Positions 63,301 to 64,000 of a DNA stretch of 64,000 bases are shown here, piece after piece. The DNA comes from Ignavibacteriota bacterium (GTDB taxonomy: Bacteria; Bacteroidota; Ignavibacteria; UBA10030; CAVZMI01). A program made the position numbers and the translations under genes. Position 1 is the stretch's first letter. The number at the start of each line of letters is the position of its first letter. The DNA lies in NCBI GenBank assembly GCA_963776275.1, contig CAVZMI010000012.1:1-64000 (forward strand). Direction: 5' to 3'. The notes under the pieces are model-generated. The model saw only the letters and a program-made list of their open reading frames with translations, did no database searches and had not been told where the DNA came from.

Positions 63301-64000
63301 CAGATGTACCACAAGGTGGCGATGCTTCTACTACTATAATGGCAGATCTCATTTCTCCTCACAACATCACTGATTTACACGCATCCTCAGGTCAAGATAC
63401 GGGGAGTGTAATGCTGAAATGGAACGCTGTCGGTAACGATGGAGATTCTGGAGTTTGTTCATTCTATGTTTTTAAATATTCCCTGTATTCAATAACGGAC
63501 TCTAATTGGGATATGGCTAAGTTTATTCCTAATTCGCCTACGCCCGTACCACCAGGTCAGCCACAAAATCTTATTGTTCAAGGTCTTACTCAAGGTGAGC
63601 ATTTGTATTTTGCAGTAAGAGTGGTTGACGACGCTGGCAATATTTCTATTACATCAAATAGTGCAGACACGATTGTTACAACGAAAGATACAATACCGCC
63701 ATCAATTATTCTGGGCCCAAGAGTTTTCAATAATGATTACCATTCAGCCATATTATTCTGGGCTACAAATGAATTAAGTCGAGGTGATGTTGAATATGGA
63801 TCCGACACCAGCTATGGATACTCTGTTTTTGATTCTGTTTTATCGACAGGTCATAATGCTGTCTTGAATGGCTTAGATTCAGGAAGAATTTATCATTTCA
63901 AAATTCAAATAATAGATCGTTGGGGAAATAATAAAGTTACCAAAGACTCCATCTTTTTTTTGATTACTAGCATTAATACTGAAGAAGTGGGTGTACCTGA
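60345..64000 (+). CDS. Large secreted fibronectin type III repeat protein, more than 1218 aa, running off the window
   Basis: Open frame from MKINLAIFIASIFLLLFPKLLFAQ; FN3 units LSWTASGDDG...KAKDAAGNFS and LKWNAVGNDG...RVVDDAGNIS; missing from the ORF track, presumably because there is no stop in the window. Confidence 0.85.
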   Translation, partial: MKINLAIFIASIFLLLFPKLLFAQSLVDPVTEEEINLVKSFANEICPSLSYPWCQLLTITDHLEDIKDIIENAVKIKEIAQIQRETNSGERFENCNRYNRGVQLIFYLWQTSVKSVPQLFPLIGIEASELASATLSASIFQVSMVWEVQRTVLSHGINNLKGGLQLYDFAIYETNILFEDVSNGGFDIAEQALINDFELHAWPHQANAGNVSYPGVDTHSVYEWQHGSASIRYSRIITFNGMIDNVAQFVFSLYFYNSSSSDLNDSVFIALVDDNGNIITGLKERLPIWQFTAKSFGNDANFQKISLPFYIPMIEMAKFSNNGRVKIDFGYNGIEDNSVSLALPKIQSNMVGLTIHATKGRQASVTFNISCGGSKNAGDIRSYPFNVRKNNSLLADSWFAQSSPLKDLKLGETRWVTIFINVPSDAETGSYQGEYIAEASGGGILFLPTNITISQDNVEPGTITNLQAQTGGKGEIKLSWTASGDDGYLGKTTSYTLKYSTNFLNESTWNSAIEVSAPPTPQSAGSSESFSISNLTPAQLYYIGIKAKDAAGNFSSLSNITSANAGINPAEDTVHVIIPTGGDSSSYTLKFDCVDLNQVSYFTLGYDNDTNSSTYHNIVQWQTQSATVCSYSWDVGSVPEGNYYILSIISKPASPQAIVKYSQTKITISHGNDSSYEPNDDIEHAWGPIVSGENIYSMLSIVNDRDYFYFWPGSNTHISGLLFIPVGSQYDASIMNTGTTINNTSTYHNNGNYVDFSADVVNNVSGPVYVGISPILPFGPTSQYRIIVNCTSRVFQPSCYAIVNITSPTHWQKTLPFTIDIHSLNNDAVKFDIQYRDDLDNDWHFLYTRLDPISAQRKPFLFALDGHNYHFRARGIDPIGGEGPFTESPFGVVTIDLTPPTSAVDPLKEFQTQPNFPVSWKGSDATSGIMSYKVQYRKNDGGWVDWIISTSDTVRTFGISVDASMKYNDKYDFRSIAADSAGWAETDVPQGGDASTTIMADLISPHNITDLHASSGQDTGSVMLKWNAVGNDGDSGVCSFYVFKYSLYSITDSNWDMAKFIPNSPTPVPPGQPQNLIVQGLTQGEHLYFAVRVVDDAGNISITSNSADTIVTTKDTIPPSIILGPRVFNNDYHSAILFWATNELSRGDVEYGSDTSYGYSVFDSVLSTGHNAVLNGLDSGRIYHFKIQIIDRWGNNKVTKDSIFFLITSINTEEVGVP

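Overview
This 64-kb window is bacterial chromosome, most likely from an Ignavibacteria-like FCB-group organism. That placement is an inference from T9SS C-terminal domains, MGQQQ-type pilins and canonical TTGACA/TATAAT-type promoters. Many core genes carry indels that look like uncorrected long-read errors. From left to right: (1) a 3' tRNA remnant split by a nested hairpin insertion; (2) a type IV pilus locus with a sigma54 promoter, atypical near-leaderless pilins and a giant Ig-repeat lipoprotein; (3) a minus-strand heme cluster (ccsA-like, hemA, C, D, E, a response regulator, hemN, H, Y, then fumarase, citrate synthase, hemB, hemL); (4) an M20 peptidase, a PduO-type adenosyltransferase and an Oar-like TonB receptor; (5) nuoA-F with simple-repeat and REP-like scars; (6) an ECF sigma/anti-sigma pair; (7) an accessory region from about 45 kb. 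The most notable structure is at 47.6-64 kb, an integron-like cassette array with no integrase in the window. Five diverged copies of a 'sigma70 promoter + leader + attI-like site' module are interleaved with attC-bounded cassettes. Two of the downstream copies also carry 3' fragments of the upstream oxidoreductase gene. A second notable signal is a family of 25-100 bp hairpin elements with CYTGTCC...GGA termini. They are seen as filled versus empty sites, nested in one another, and inserted into a tRNA T-arm, an attC, and in-frame into a protein.
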